Below are positions 36,001-47,774 of a DNA stretch of 64,000 nt, piece by piece (position 1 is the stretch's first letter; every line of letters begins with the position of its first letter). Made by a program: the position numbers and the translations under genes. The stretch comes from Oikopleura dioica (Eukaryota > Animalia > Chordata): positions 11,532,001 to 11,596,000 of the forward strand of contig OU015569.1 of the NCBI GenBank assembly GCA_907165135.1, given 5' to 3'. The notes under the pieces are model-generated. The model saw only the letters and a program-made list of their open reading frames with translations. It made no database searches and was not told where the DNA came from.

Positions 36001-39000
36001 TTTGCCAGACGGCTGCGCCCTCTCTGTGGCTTCTCTTTTTCGACGGTCAAATCGACGGAAAGACTTGATGATGAGTCCTCTATTTCCGTGACCTTTTGTT
36101 CTTCCTTCGAGTTTTCTTTTGCTTCCTTCTGTGCCACAGTTTGGGTCGCCAGAGCCTTGGGAACATTCTTGACTTCCTTCTCTTCTGTCTTTGGCTCCGT
36201 TGCCTTCGATCTAAGATTCTTGGGCGCTGGCACTTCTTCATCTTCTTGCACATCTGCTGGCTTGACGGGAGCGGGAGTTTCTTCATTTTCATCAACGACA
36301 GAATCAGTTTTGGCTCGTTTGCGTTGAGTGACATTTGGAGAGACAATTGGCGATGCTTGTCGCTTTGTAGGAGAACTAGAGGATGATTTAACGATTAATT
36401 CAGATGGATGAAAGAGTCTTACCCGTAGATGGACCTTCGCTGTCGGACTGGCTTCGATTCCGGATCTAGGTCTTCCAAAGTCTCTTCAATTGGGACGGGC
36501 AGTTCACCGCTAAGTTCTTTGAAGAAATTCGCCAAAGTCTAAGAAAGGGTTGAAAAGACGATCGAATAGAATTCATTACCTTGTTCGCGATCTTTTCTTC
36601 TTTGGCACTCATCGCTTTCACCCGATCAAAAGTGACGGTACTCTTGACCTGGTCGTCGAACAGAACTTCATAGTGGCGAGGAGGGAGGCCGACAACAGTA
36701 GCGGCGAACCAACGGCCTTCGCTGTTCTTTTGCGCCTTCCATTCGGCGAGCACGCGATCTCCGATTTTAAAGGTGTGTTTTACTGGGGCTTCCTCGACTA
36801 CAGGCTCGTATTGGACGAACTCCGGTGTGCACTCGAACCAGTCGTCAAAGCGCTGTGGCCAGTTGCAGAAATGCACATAAAGATGAGTGCTCTTGCGATC
36901 TTCTACGGTTAGTTCTCCTTTCTTGTTCCGGGGCGGGGCGATGATCTTCGCTTGATACCAGCCGCCCATCGAGAAAATGCGCACTTTCTTCCCATAGCCA
37001 TCCGCACCAAGCAAAGTCTGCAGCAATTCAGCGCCAGTTGGGATTCTCTTCGATCGTCTCGAAGGTGAGGGGCTGCTATCAATGGAGCTCGCAGGCGAAA
37101 GAAGAGATTTTCCTATTCCAAGCGGCAACGCTGGCAACAGTGGCGCTGGCAAAGCTTGACGAGTGCTACGTGCTCGGCCTATCGCTGGGGCAGAAGCAGA
37201 CTTTATCAAGGGAGGAGCATTTCCTACCGATCGCCTCGAAACACGACGAGTCTCTTTCTTCACATTCGTCAAGATTGATTTCTCCTCTTCCGGTTTCTTC
37301 GGTTCATTTACCGAGTGATTCTCTTCAATCTTTCCTGCTTTTCGAGGACTGCTTCGTCGAGATGCGCTTTCTTCTATTTTTCTAGACTTGGCCGGACTCT
37401 CGACGGTCATCTCTTCTTGCTCAGGTTCAGCTGCTTCAGGTATAGCGCTTCGTAGTGTTCGTTTAGGCGTTTTTGGTGAATCCTCCTTGACGATGACAGC
37501 ATCATTTTTATTTTTCTTCGGCGAGTCGATCTTTTTGGGCGAAATGGAAGCTGGTTTGCTGGTAGTGGTCGACTTTCTGGTCTTTGATCGTCCCCGCGCA
37601 TTTTCATCTTCTTTCTTTTTCGAGTCATTTTCAGAGTCTTCAGTTGTCAGATCAAGAATTTCAGAGACAGGAGAGGCTGGTCTTTCCAATTCTCTTTTTG
37701 CTGCTTTCTTTGGACTAGCTGGAGTTTGAGTTTTAACTGGAGTCTTCGATCTTGACTTGGAGTTACTTTTCGCCGGCGTTTTCTTTACTGTTCTTTCTGG
37801 AGTTTTGTCTTTTACAGCGGGAGTTTCAACTTCTGGCTCAGGGGTCATTTCCGTCAGGCTTGGCTTTCTAGAGTTGGCTGGAGAGGGCTTTGCGGAGCGT
37901 TGAGATCGGGATGCTCTGCTGGAGCCTCGTGATCGAGAAGTGGAGCTCACTGGAGAAGTGTTCGAGCTGCCGCCTCGTCGGGTAGTTCTTTTTTGATTAT
38001 AATCCTCCTCGGTCAAGTCTTCGGGATTAAGTAATTTGAGTTTGTTGACGTGGGGCTTGTTGTACTGCTCGTTTGCGTATTCGATGCCCTTTTGCGCTTC
38101 CTCCTCGCTGTAGGGGGAAATGTCCGTCTCGGGCGTTTTGGACTGACGAACCCCGTCGTAGAAGCGCACAACGTACATCGGAGTGACCGGATTGGCGTCG
38201 GCCTTTTTGATGACGCCGGCGTAGCGCTGCCCGTCTTTGCGGAAGAGCGCGATGATCTTCTCCTCGGGCTTGAAGCGCGGCTCGATCATCACGGGCTCCG
38301 GCGCATTGGAAAAGACGACTTCAGTCGTGTCGAAGTCGAACTCCACATCGTAGCTCTTTCGCCAGCCCAAGTAGTGGACTTTGAAGCGGCGCAATTCTCG
38401 GTCGATATTCACCACTTTCGCTGGGTGTTCGACACTCTGGGAAAAAAGAAAAGGGTAAGAAGTGAAGATTTTTGGGAAGTTTTGAACTACCTTGCCAGTT
38501 TTAGAATTGATTCCATCTTTGACGAGCACTTTGTCTCCAATCTTCATGGATTCAAGAGGTTTATCCACTAAACAAAATCTTAAAAACTGATCAAGGCAAT
38601 AGTGAACAATTAATTTTCCATGCGTTACTTTGAGAGATTGAACTGGACTCGGAATTGGGCCCCGAAAAAACGGAAAAATTCACGCTGTAGTGCCTGGGCT
38701 CGGCAACCTGTGTATAAACCTGTGTTTTTAGTCTTTTTAAAGCCATGAGTCAGGAATTCTACACAGGTTGCTGAACTCAGCAGTGAAAAAAGTGAAGAAA
38801 TAAGAGTGCTAAAAGCGCAATTTCCAGATGATTCCGAGACCAGAAGTTTTAAATTGATTCAAGCTACGATTTTTGTTAGAAATTGACATCAAAAGAGCGG
38901 TTTTCTCGACAAAAATGATAATCAAAATCAACCAGAAAGTGATAATTTTTATCAAATCCCAGAAAATGGTGAAAAAACAATCAAATGCACAATCAACAAT

Positions 39001-39176
39001 TCAATTTACAATTTATCGAGAAACTAACAATCAATTCAAAGCGACATTCTTTTACCTTCGTTTGTTGAACCTAGAAAAGCAGAAAGTAAAAAAAAGAAGA
39101 GAAATTTTAAAATAATTATAAAAAAAATTAGTTTTTCTTAGAATATTACTTTTTTCGTGGGTTTTTCGTCGACCAT
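33081..39176 (-). CDS. PHF20: PHF20/PHF20L1/MBD-R2-like chromatin reader with five Tudor-like repeats, a C2H2 finger and a degenerate PHD remnant; both ends approximate
   Basis: WYQAKI...YVHFCNWPQRFDDWF, FKIGDRVLAEW...YEVLFDD, LLWCRWTDCRVY, YVVRFYDGV, CPVNDCEKSFRKETGLASHLRHYH and YRCTCGWEGDHEF match the PHF20 domain order as recalled. Confidence 0.75.
38693..38780. mobile_element. MITE family A, short copy
   Basis: GCTCGGCAACCTGTGTA ... TACACAGGTTGCTGAAC inverted ends. Confidence 0.75.
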
Positions 39177-39179
39177 CCG

Positions 39180-39630
39180 GATTGGCGGATGGTCTTTCTT
39201 CTTATTCTTTCTTTTTTCTTTTTGGCAATCTCTTTTTTTTCGCGAGAAAAACGGTCTCTTTTCGGACTTTTTCTTTTTGAGAAGAGAAAAAAGGAAAACG
39301 TAGTAACTTTCCCGCGAGGGCAAAAAAGCAGTGGGCGCTGGCTTGAGTCAGAATGATCAATGGCGACAGTGATCAGCGCCGACCAATCGAATCCAGCGAT
39401 GGCGCAAAAGATTCCTCGCTGAAAGGTGGCGCTATTTCTCGCGGAATTTGTCTTTTCGATGGAATTTCAGTGTTTTTTCAAATCAAAGGCGAAAATTATG
39501 TCATCTGTGGTCAGATCTTTTGATTGGCCGGTCCGGATAATGACTCATTTGATCAGAAAAAAGTATTAAGTGAATCGCCCGAAATTTTGGATCAAAATTA
39601 GATCTCCATTTGAATGTCCTTTCCTTTTCA
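39180..39630. promoter_or_regulatory. Probable bidirectional promoter between the PHF20-like and AT-hook genes
   Basis: Head-to-head gene starts; CCAAT at 39383-39387 and ATTGG at 39523-39527. Positional inference only. Confidence 0.35.
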
Positions 39631-39632
39631 GA

Positions 39633-41622
39633 ATGGAAAAAGAACTTGACTCGGTAGGCGAATGTCCCAGCAATGAAACAGAGCTGTCGCAACTGCCTCA
39701 AGAAGTTCTCCTCGCCAAATGCAGTCAACTCAGTGACAACAGATCAGGAAAGAGAAGGACTGATTCTCCCCGCTGTTCGAGAAGACTCAAGTTCGAGAAA
39801 GAAAATGAAAAGGATCAGGATCCGACAAAGCGAACAAAAATTGGCGAAGATAAAGTTCCGTATGTCGATCGTTGATTTCGAGCTTTCAGTTGTTTTTTTT
39901 TTAATTTAGGGGAGAAATCAAGGATGATCAGATGAAAAGCGAAACGAAGAAAAATGAGGCTAAGCCCGGAGAAAACAGTGTTCGTAGAACACGCGCCCGT
40001 GCTTTACATGAGACAGGTATTCTGTGAAAGCTGCAGTCTCGGCTCGGCAACCTGTGTAGGAAACCTGAGTCAGGATTCTGAAGGAGCGTTGAGTTTTTGA
40101 AAAACTCTACGCGGTTTTTATGAAAGCTCTTTCGAAGCCCTGACTCAGGTTTTCTTCACAGGTTGCCGAGCTGAGGCTACAGTAATTCAATCGTCTTTTA
40201 AGTCCTGAATGATTGATAAAAATCGCGCTTTGAGTGGTTTCGATTTTCATCAACCATTCAGGATTAAAAACGCTATCAGAAAACCTAATATTTGAATGCC
40301 TTCCGCTAATATAATTCCCTAGAAATGCCCGGCCCAAGTGGATTATCAAAGATGAAGTCGAGTCTACCTCCCTCTACTGAACAAAAACGCGGCAGAGGAA
40401 GACCTCGCAAGCTAGAAAATAAAGCCGCAAATACGTTAGTGACTGAGAATTTAACTCTTCTTGCTTCGATTTCAGAATTTCTCCTATCCGAAATGAAAAG
40501 CCAAAAATCAAGAAAATCATGATCATGGACGCACCGAGTCAAATTAGACGAAAAAGTGCCCGAGTTATTAAAAAAACAGGTTCTCAGATCAAGAGGTTAA
40601 AAAAATCGAGAAGCCGCTTGCGGCTTCGAGTTAAGGAATCTTAAAGCCGCATTGAGGGCGGCTTTTCTGTTTCATCGTTACTTAGATAAAGTTATTCCGT
40701 GAGAGCTTTTCGTCTTTGACATGATTTTTCAGAAAAAATCAAGGAAGAGCCTAAACCAGAAACTGAATCTTCCAGTGAAGAAAGTGAAGAGGAGGAGGAG
40801 GAAAAACTTGTTGGTGCTGCGAAAAGAAAGGTAAAGAGGGGTAACTTTTCTAAAATTATTTCGGGAAATTAAATTGTCCAAAATTGTAGATTAAACTTCG
40901 AGTTCTGAGCCCGAGATTGTTAATTTTCGGAAAATGCACAATCTCGGGGTCTCATTCCGGAGTTTAATCGACAATCTTGGACGACGATAAGGAGTGGGTG
41001 TTTAAAAAATATTTAGGCCAGAAGACGGCCATGTTTCGAATACAATTACGAGAATTTGCAGGCGCGGCTGAATTCTGAAAGTCAGTTGAATCAAGTTATG
41101 CGGGTAAGGTTGAAATGGACTAGATTGCTAATTATCAGTAATTTACTAATTACTATTATCGGACATTCCTTTTTCAGAGATTCGGCTGCCTCCCATCAAC
41201 GCCGGAGGAATTGTTGGCCGATGTTTCAACTCATTTGCGCCAGCTTTACAACAGCGAGCCGCTGGTTCTGAAGACCGAACACACGGAGCTTGTGAACATT
41301 AATGACGCCGATTTTAAAAAGAAAATGCGGATCAGGGTCATTCCGGTAATTTTAAGACTACTTTACGCCGTTTTGGAGAAAACTGTTTTTCATATCTTCA
41401 TTTTAGAAAGAAAAACCGACGCTGTTCCTTTCAAAGGAGGAAATAAGCATAAAAGAGAAGCTGAAACGGCAGCTGGCGGAAAAGAGGATCGACGAACGAA
41501 ACCCAGAGTCCGAAAAGGGCAAGGAAATCGAAACTGCGAAAAAGAAACTTTTCAGCTACTTGGGCAAAAATTTCAACCACAATGGAACACGAAAGACCTA
41601 CACCGACCCTGATAAAGAATGA
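39633..41622 (+). CDS. Uncharacterised AT-hook protein (multi-exon)
   Basis: Acceptor TTTTCAG 1 nt before the ATG. Exons include KRGRGRPRK (AT-hook), an acidic tract ESSSEESEEEEEE, and a terminal ...TYTDPDKE*. The internal exon chain is only partly resolved. Confidence 0.55.
40038..40175. mobile_element. MITE family A, best-preserved copy
   Basis: CTCGGCTCGGCAACCTGTGTAGGAAACCTGAGTCAGG / CCTGACTCAGGTTTTCTTCACAGGTTGCCGAGCTGAG. Confidence 0.85.
40604..40665. repeat. Hairpin repeat family B (AATCGAGAAGCCGCTTGCGGCTTCGAG plus AAGCCGC-n-GCGGCT)
   Basis: Two GC-rich palindromes. Homologous units lie at 42004, 42772, 44666, 45495, 59826 and 63004, with partial ones at 10107 and 18021. Confidence 0.8.
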
Positions 41623-41790
41623 GAAGTTTTTAAGAAATCCACTATCAGAGCTAGAATCACTGCTTTTGTGAATACCATTTTTGAAACTGCCACTTTCAGT
41701 TGAATAAACTGACTCCTAGAGGGCCTTATTTTAAACATTCTGTGCGAACTAAAGGAGTTCAATAACAAAAAGAATTCCAGAATGCTTTAA

Positions 41791-42000
41791 CTGGCCACGG
41801 TAACCTGTGCAGAAAACCTAAATTAGGGTTCCGGAAGATCATTGGTGAAAGCCGCGTAGCCGCTTTCTTAAAAATAAAGCCGCGTAGCCGCTTTCTTAAA
41901 GAATAAAGCCGCAAAGCGGCTTCACCAGAAATGATGAAACAGATAGATTCACCCACCGTCAGAAACCTGACTCAGGTTTTCTAGACAGGTTGCTGAGCCC
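41791..42000. mobile_element. MITE family A copy containing tandem family-B hairpin units
   Basis: CGGTAACCTGTGCAGAAAACC ... GGTTTTCTAGACAGGTTGCTGAG ends, with an internal ~28-bp tandem AAAGCCGCGTAGCCGCTTTCTTAA at 41849-41920. Confidence 0.65.
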
Positions 42001-42561
42001 GTTGCTCGAAGCCGCGAGCGGCTTCTCGAGCTTTTCAGTAATTCGGGAGTCCTATTTGCTACCGAACAAGTTTGATTACGACATTACTAATTTTCAAACT
42101 AAATAGGAGCTTTTTCTTTGTAAAAATATTGTTGACGTAGTGTCAAAGAGTACTTACGGATCCACATTTTTCCGATAGTCTTTTTTAAAGCTGCCAGTAA
42201 TTAATCGGCGCAAGAATAGTCGGCCAAATGAAGAAAATTGCAACTGTGGAGACGCCTCCGCTTTGCGATGAGTCATACCCGCGCGCGACCAATCATAGCG
42301 CGCGAATGGAAAATCCGTAGAGAATGGTTTTCCGTGAGTGCAGTTGCAGTTTTAACGCCCACGCAAGGTTCGGTCCGCGGTTTTTGGAAAAGAACTATTT
42401 TACTTTCCATAAATTTGCTTCTTTAGTAAAGAAATAATGCATCAAAAGGGTTGAATTTTTGTCATCTATTTCGACTCTTGTTTTCTCATTTATATTCAGC
42501 AAGATTCGAATTTGACAGGTTTTTTTTCAGCAAAAAGCAACAGATGTAAGAAGAAATAATT

Positions 42562-43870
42562 ATGTCGGAAGCTTACTGTAAGAAAATCGCGATCAAAAGG
42601 AGTCTTCCTGAGTCAAGAACCGAAAAGGGGGATCAAAACGAACAAACGCCCTTTTTCAAGAAGAAAAAGAAGAAAAACTCTGATCCGGCGAAATCTTTTT
42701 CTGAAAAGAAGAGAGACTCCTGCTCTCTAGGTACTCTTCCATGTCTCCAATTTTCAATTTGAAACGTCAAAAATCGAGGAGCCGCTCGCGGCTTCAAGAA
42801 AACACAAAAAAGGCCCCACGTAAGGCGGCTAGAATGTTCATTTCCGACTGATGATTCATAAAGCCGCGTGCGGTTTGAATTCAAGTGAACTTCCAAATTC
42901 AAAAAATATTTTCAGAGAGCGGCCAAATTCTGATTCTGTTGACCGGACGCCACCGAGGAAAACGCGTCGTCTTCATCAAACAAATGCGCCAATCGGGCCT
43001 GTTGCTCATTACAGGGCCTTACAGTTTGAACGGAGTCCCCCTCCGCCGCGTCCATCAAAAAACCACAATTACAACTACCACATCTCTTCCGTTATCGACC
43101 GAGGACTTCCAAGTGCCGCCTTTTGTCGACGACTCCTATTTTTGCACGAAAAAGGTGAATTTTCTAGAACTTCGTTTTCGAATATTATCAATTGCCTTTT
43201 TCAAGGCAGTTTCGGATTTTTTCGAAAATGTAGGCTCTGTTATCCATTTTCACTTTGCAATAAGGATGTCGATTTATGATAAAAGATTCTTATGAATTTA
43301 CGTTTCTGACTCATTTTGATAAAGTGTGACCTTGGGTTTTCTTGAGGATATCCCTTCGAAATTTCCTCAGAGCGAGTTTCTCATCGAAACCGAGTGGATA
43401 CCCTTCATATCTCCTCCCTGATACTGGTTGCAGTTTAGGATGGTGGTATTAAGGGTATCTGATTGGGAACATGAGTTCAATGTTCTCTGAAGCAATTTCA
43501 AAGAGATACCCTTAAAGATTTTCAATGTGAAGGTCTGTCGAATTTACTGAGAAACCCATATTGGTAAAAATCTTTTATAAGAAGTCGACACCCTTATTGA
43601 AAAATAGCTTATTTCGCGAATCTAATTCGAATCGTAATTTTTCTCAAATAAAAATGTGATTTTCAGAAACCGAAAGCGACGCTGGAATCAGTGCTAGAAG
43701 ATGTTGGTGACAAGGAAAAAGACGAAGTTAGCGAAGAGCGAAAATCGCTGCAGCGAAAAGTCGACGAAGCGGTTTTAGACTCGATCAAGCGGATTCCCTA
43801 CATGGGCGACTATCTCTCGCAGAAGTTCTCGCTTTCCAAGGGTCAAATGCCGCACAAGATGAATTTCTGA
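42562..43870 (+). CDS. RPL6: Ribosomal protein eL6-like, divergent, with a short N-terminus (3 exons)
   Basis: [21 protein letters not shown]...[22 protein letters not shown] and C-terminal [13 protein letters not shown]...[19 protein letters not shown]. Confidence 0.88.
42772..42882. repeat. Hairpin repeat family B in RPL6 intron 1
   Basis: Three palindromes: GAGCCGCTCGCGGCTTC, a central degenerate one, and AAAGCCGCGTGCGGTTT. Confidence 0.7.
43333..43520. mobile_element. Degenerate foldback/MITE in RPL6 intron 2
   Basis: AGGATATCCCTTCGAAATTTCCTCAGAG pairs imperfectly with CTCTGAAGCAATTTCAAAGAGATACCCT. Confidence 0.4.
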
Positions 43871-44411
43871 AGACTGCCCGCTTTCCCTCCTCGGCTCTAG
43901 AATTCGCCAAAAGAAGTAGAAGCGGCGGCGCGAAGAAAAATGACTCACTCGGCCTCGCCAATTGACAATTGCGCTCAAGGCGGTGACTAAGCTCGATTTA
44001 AAAAAAATCGCGAAAAACGAAAAGAAACAGAATTACTATTCGTAAAGAGAGAGATAGAATGGACGAAGAATTGAACGAAAAATATCTTTTTTTATTTCAA
44101 AAATTCTAGAGTTGGCTGAACTTAAGTTCGATGAAGATTAAAAAAACTCCTCGAAAAAGTATTATTATTAAATTAAACCAATTTTAAATTTACTTTTTGA
44201 TCATTATCTATGGAACATTTTCTAAATCAAACTAATATTAATCGGTCACTATTATGATATTCTTTTTAACTTGTTTAACTTTTTAATTGCGAGAAAATCT
44301 TCTTCACTGTTTATGTTAGTCTGTTCTCTTCCTTGATTCCTGTTTTATGTTCAAACTTTGGATTGGTGCTTTCCGAAGGGAACTAAAGGATTTTCTGTTT
44401 TCAGATTTCCG

Positions 44412-45334
44412 ATGTCGTTATTCCGCGCTCTCCGACCGGCCTTGACCGCCCAGACTCGTCGATTGACTGTTTCTGCTTCTTTGAACTCGGCCGCTCCCGC
44501 TGCCCCACTTCGACGAGACGACGTCATGGCCGCCTGGGTTGAGTACTTCGACCACCCCGACTGCGATTACTACAACTACCGACTCGGCGCGCAGCACCTC
44601 TTCTCCGACGATTTGCTCTTTGACCCCGTCGTCTACCAGGTAACAACAAAATAAGAAAGATTATGAATTGAAAAGTCGCTTGCGCCTTCGAGCAAAATTA
44701 AATAAAGCCGCGCAAAGTGCGGCTAAAATAGTTTGACTCAAAGCCTCAAGTGGCTTCTCGATTTGTATTTTCTCGTTTCTGAAAATAATTTATCGATTCC
44801 TGTTCAAGAAAAGGGCGTGAAACGTACAGTGATCATTTAGTGGAGAGCTTTGTTGTGGCTGAGAGTGAATTAGAAAATTCTAGAGGTCACCTGGTGCTTC
44901 CTCATCAAGCGTGAAAGTTAGAAGAGTCCAATTTTCTAAATATTTCCCTATTTGAGTTTGGTGCTCGATAAGAAAGTACCACCTGGCCTCTAGAATTTCT
45001 TAACCCACTCTTGGCCACCATGAAACTCTCCAACACAAATTCACTGTAAAATTTACAGTGTAAATTATGCGCTCCTATCTTTCATACGAAAGCCTTTTTT
45101 CATTGTTCTTTGATCTCGAATTCATTGTTTGAAATTCAGGCCATGCTCTACGCTTGCCGACGATTCAACAACTTCCCCGCCGCCATGCGAACCTTGGAGT
45201 TGATCCGACTCAAGTGCGGCGACCGAGAAGACGTCTACGACTGGGTCATGCAGGAATTGGCGCCCACTCTCGAGGACCTCGGCATTCCCACCGTCGAAGA
45301 CATGAACCTCCACATTGTCGAGACTGAGCTTTAG
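44412..45334 (+). CDS. COX5A: Cytochrome c oxidase subunit 5A (exons 44412-44639 and 45140-45334)
   Basis: Presequence-like N-terminus, then AWVEYFDHPDCD...ACRRFNNFPAAMRTLELIRLKCG...YDWVMQELAPTLEDLGIPTVEDM. Confidence 0.92.
44666..44763. mobile_element. Hairpin family B, copy with both termini (~100-bp MITE-like)
   Basis: The left end GAAAAGTCGCTTGCGCCTTCGAG and right end AAGCCTCAAGTGGCTTCTCGATT are inverted versions of the family consensus, around a central hairpin. Confidence 0.65.
44827..45046. mobile_element. Tc1/mariner-type MITE in the COX5A intron
   Basis: TA|CAGTG...CACTG|TA ends (TA at 44825-44826 and 45047-45048) with ~85-bp imperfect TIRs. Confidence 0.8.
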
Positions 45335-45494
45335 ATTACTTCCAAGCTGCGGGTTTTGGCATTTTATTTATTACAGAATAAATCACCATATTCATCATTC
45401 AACCCTTTTTTCGTACCGTTTTCTGCAGGCAACCAAGACTCATTATCAAAAAGCATGAATAATTTCAGAAATATCCTTGACTGACAATTTTAAT

Positions 45495-45590
45495 AACTGA
45501 GAAGCTGCTTGCGGCTTCGAGGAGAAATAGCGAAATAGCCGCTCTTTGTGCGGCTTCAATTTTACTTTTAATAGAAGCTGCAAGCGGCCC
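45495..45590. repeat. Hairpin repeat family B, intergenic copy
   Basis: GAGAAGCTGCTTGCGGCTTCGAG, TAGCCGCTCTTTGTGCGGCTTC and GAAGCTGCAAGCGG. Confidence 0.7.
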
Positions 45591-46196
45591 TCTGTTAAAA
45601 TTTGAATTTAGTTTGACTAATTGCAGTACCTATTCGCTGTTGCAGGGCAGAGAGCTATGAGCAGAAGAACAGTAAAGAATAAGGATCAAATGAAAACCCC
45701 TCTAAAAAGCCAAGTCGTCGAAAAGAAGAAGAAGAAGAAGAAATAACAACTGTCCCTAATTTCTAGTCTAAAATTATTTATTACTGCGAAGAGTAAGATT
45801 ATTGCATCTTCGCACGCTCAAAATCCGATCAACTGAATCCTTGTCCCTCATTATTAAAAATAAAAAAATACAGAGATAAATCTGTTCAAACCAGATCATC
45901 ATCGTGTCTTTCAGAATTATGCTTTATTCCATTGGAAGCAAAGATAGTCGAGCCCGTTCTCGAGGATTTGAGAATTCGGCGGAGTTCGATGTTGATCATG
46001 ATCGGTGAAGAAAGAGCATGATTTTTATCTTGCTAGGCTGCTAAAACGATGCTCAAATCGCAAACCGTTATATTTTCAAAGAGGCGCCAGATTGATTTTT
46101 CTTTTGCGAAGTTGAAAGGTGAAGACTTAGAGATTTTCTAGCAGCTTATTAAACTTAAGACTCCGATTAGTTTCATCATATCGTCAGGAGCAAAAG

Positions 46197-47263
46197 ATGG
46201 CGAAAATTGACCGATCCAAGAGAGCTCCATGGACCTATCCGAAATACCTCCCTGAGGATGGCCAGGTCTTGGCCAAATACTACAAGTAAGACTAGAGATA
46301 ACTCGTTTATACAGTTATCTTTTGAAAAGCTGGCGATTAATTTTTAGACTAAATTGGGGCGAAAAATCGGTAAAATTGCAAAAGGACTGTAATTTTCATC
46401 CTGTATCTCTGCAAAACAGGAGTGCTAGTAAGAAATATTTACTGTAGCTTGCAATTACAGACTATCACTTACTGGGTTCTTGTAATTTTACAAGGTTTTC
46501 GTTCAAATTTAGCCGAAAATTCTTCTGATAAGCGCCAGAATTGTTTAAACAGACTGTTACTCATCTGATAATACATTAATTAGAGATGGCGTCTACTACC
46601 CGGGGGTTCTCCAAAGCCGCTCGCGTGACAAACTCGGCTGGATCATCTACAAAATGAAGTTTTTCGACGGATATGTGCAGAAAAACACTTACGAGGATGA
46701 CATCAAGCCGTACTCGAAAAAGGAAGCGATAGCCGCGAAAAAAATGGCGGAGGAAAAGTACGCCAAGCCAGAAAACAAGGAAAACTGGTTCTTCTTCCAT
46801 AAACAAGTCCAGTTGGAGCTTGCCAAGCCGCTGCAGAAGAAGAAAATGCGGCCCGGAATGGACATTCTCGTCGAAGAGATGAAAGAGGGCGGACCGGTTT
46901 GGGTGCCAGGAATCGTCAAAGTGCGACGAGCAGACATCGTGGAATGCGAGTTCAAAGTAAAATTCGGAACGATAATCCGCCGCATCAAGTATTCGCAAAT
47001 CCGCCGATTGTCAAAGAAGAATCAGCAATATTTCAACCAATTCCACCACGTAAGCGTATTCGAAACAACTCGACAATCTATCGTAATAATTCTAGATCCA
47101 CAAGCACATGGAAAGCTTCTCCCCGATCTCATCCAACCCGGCGAAGGAAAACAACCCCGGACCTGGCCACGAATCAATCCTTTCTCATCGAAAACGCGCG
47201 CCATCAGCATCCACTTCACTTGAAAACGCCTCTTCCACAAAGAAACGACGCGTGGAAAATTAA
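46197..47263 (+). CDS. Small two-Tudor-like protein, paralogous to a Tudor repeat of the PHF20-like gene (3 exons)
   Basis: VLAKYYK|DGVYYPGVLQ...YKMKFFDGYVQKNTYEDDIKPYSKKEA aligns by eye with IALFRKDGQRYAGVIK...YVVRFYDGVRQSKTPETDISPYSEEEA (~38270-38090). It ends ...STKKRRVEN*, which resembles an NLS. Confidence 0.75.
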
Positions 47264-47774
47264 CTTCGAAAATATTACATACAAAAACTTCCAAATCCGT
47301 TTTATCGCCTCATTTCTGTAAATAACCAAAATCTGCCATCAAAATCGAGATTATCTGAAAAGTATCAAGATATTCCTTCATTTCATTCTTCACCGTTTAT
47401 TCTGTTAATAGCTACGTCATCCCATTTGTTTCCAATTTGATTCCTTAATAATTGTACATTTGTGAATTTGAAATTCTAAAATTTAGGCTTTGATAAAAAT
47501 AAAGCATTCGAAACGGACGGAAACTCAAAATTCTCTATTGATTCTTTGCAGGATGATATTTATTCAGCAGCAGAGTCTACCTACTAGACCTTATCACCAT
47601 CCCTCCCCCTACTTAACTCTCCCCCCTAAACGAGTCCCCTAAACTAGTAAAGAGAGCATTTAGCCTTCTTGTCCTTTCCCTTTAACACGAACCTTAGAGA
47701 GCTTGTAGATTTCTTTCAGTAAAAAAGCAGATACTAAAAAAGGATTAAAATTAAGTCGTTCAGTTTGTTTAGAC

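Noticed and set aside
41849-41920. Short direct repeats resembling a CRISPR array
   Set aside because: Adjacent tandem units without unique spacers, inside a MITE, in eukaryotic DNA with no cas genes.
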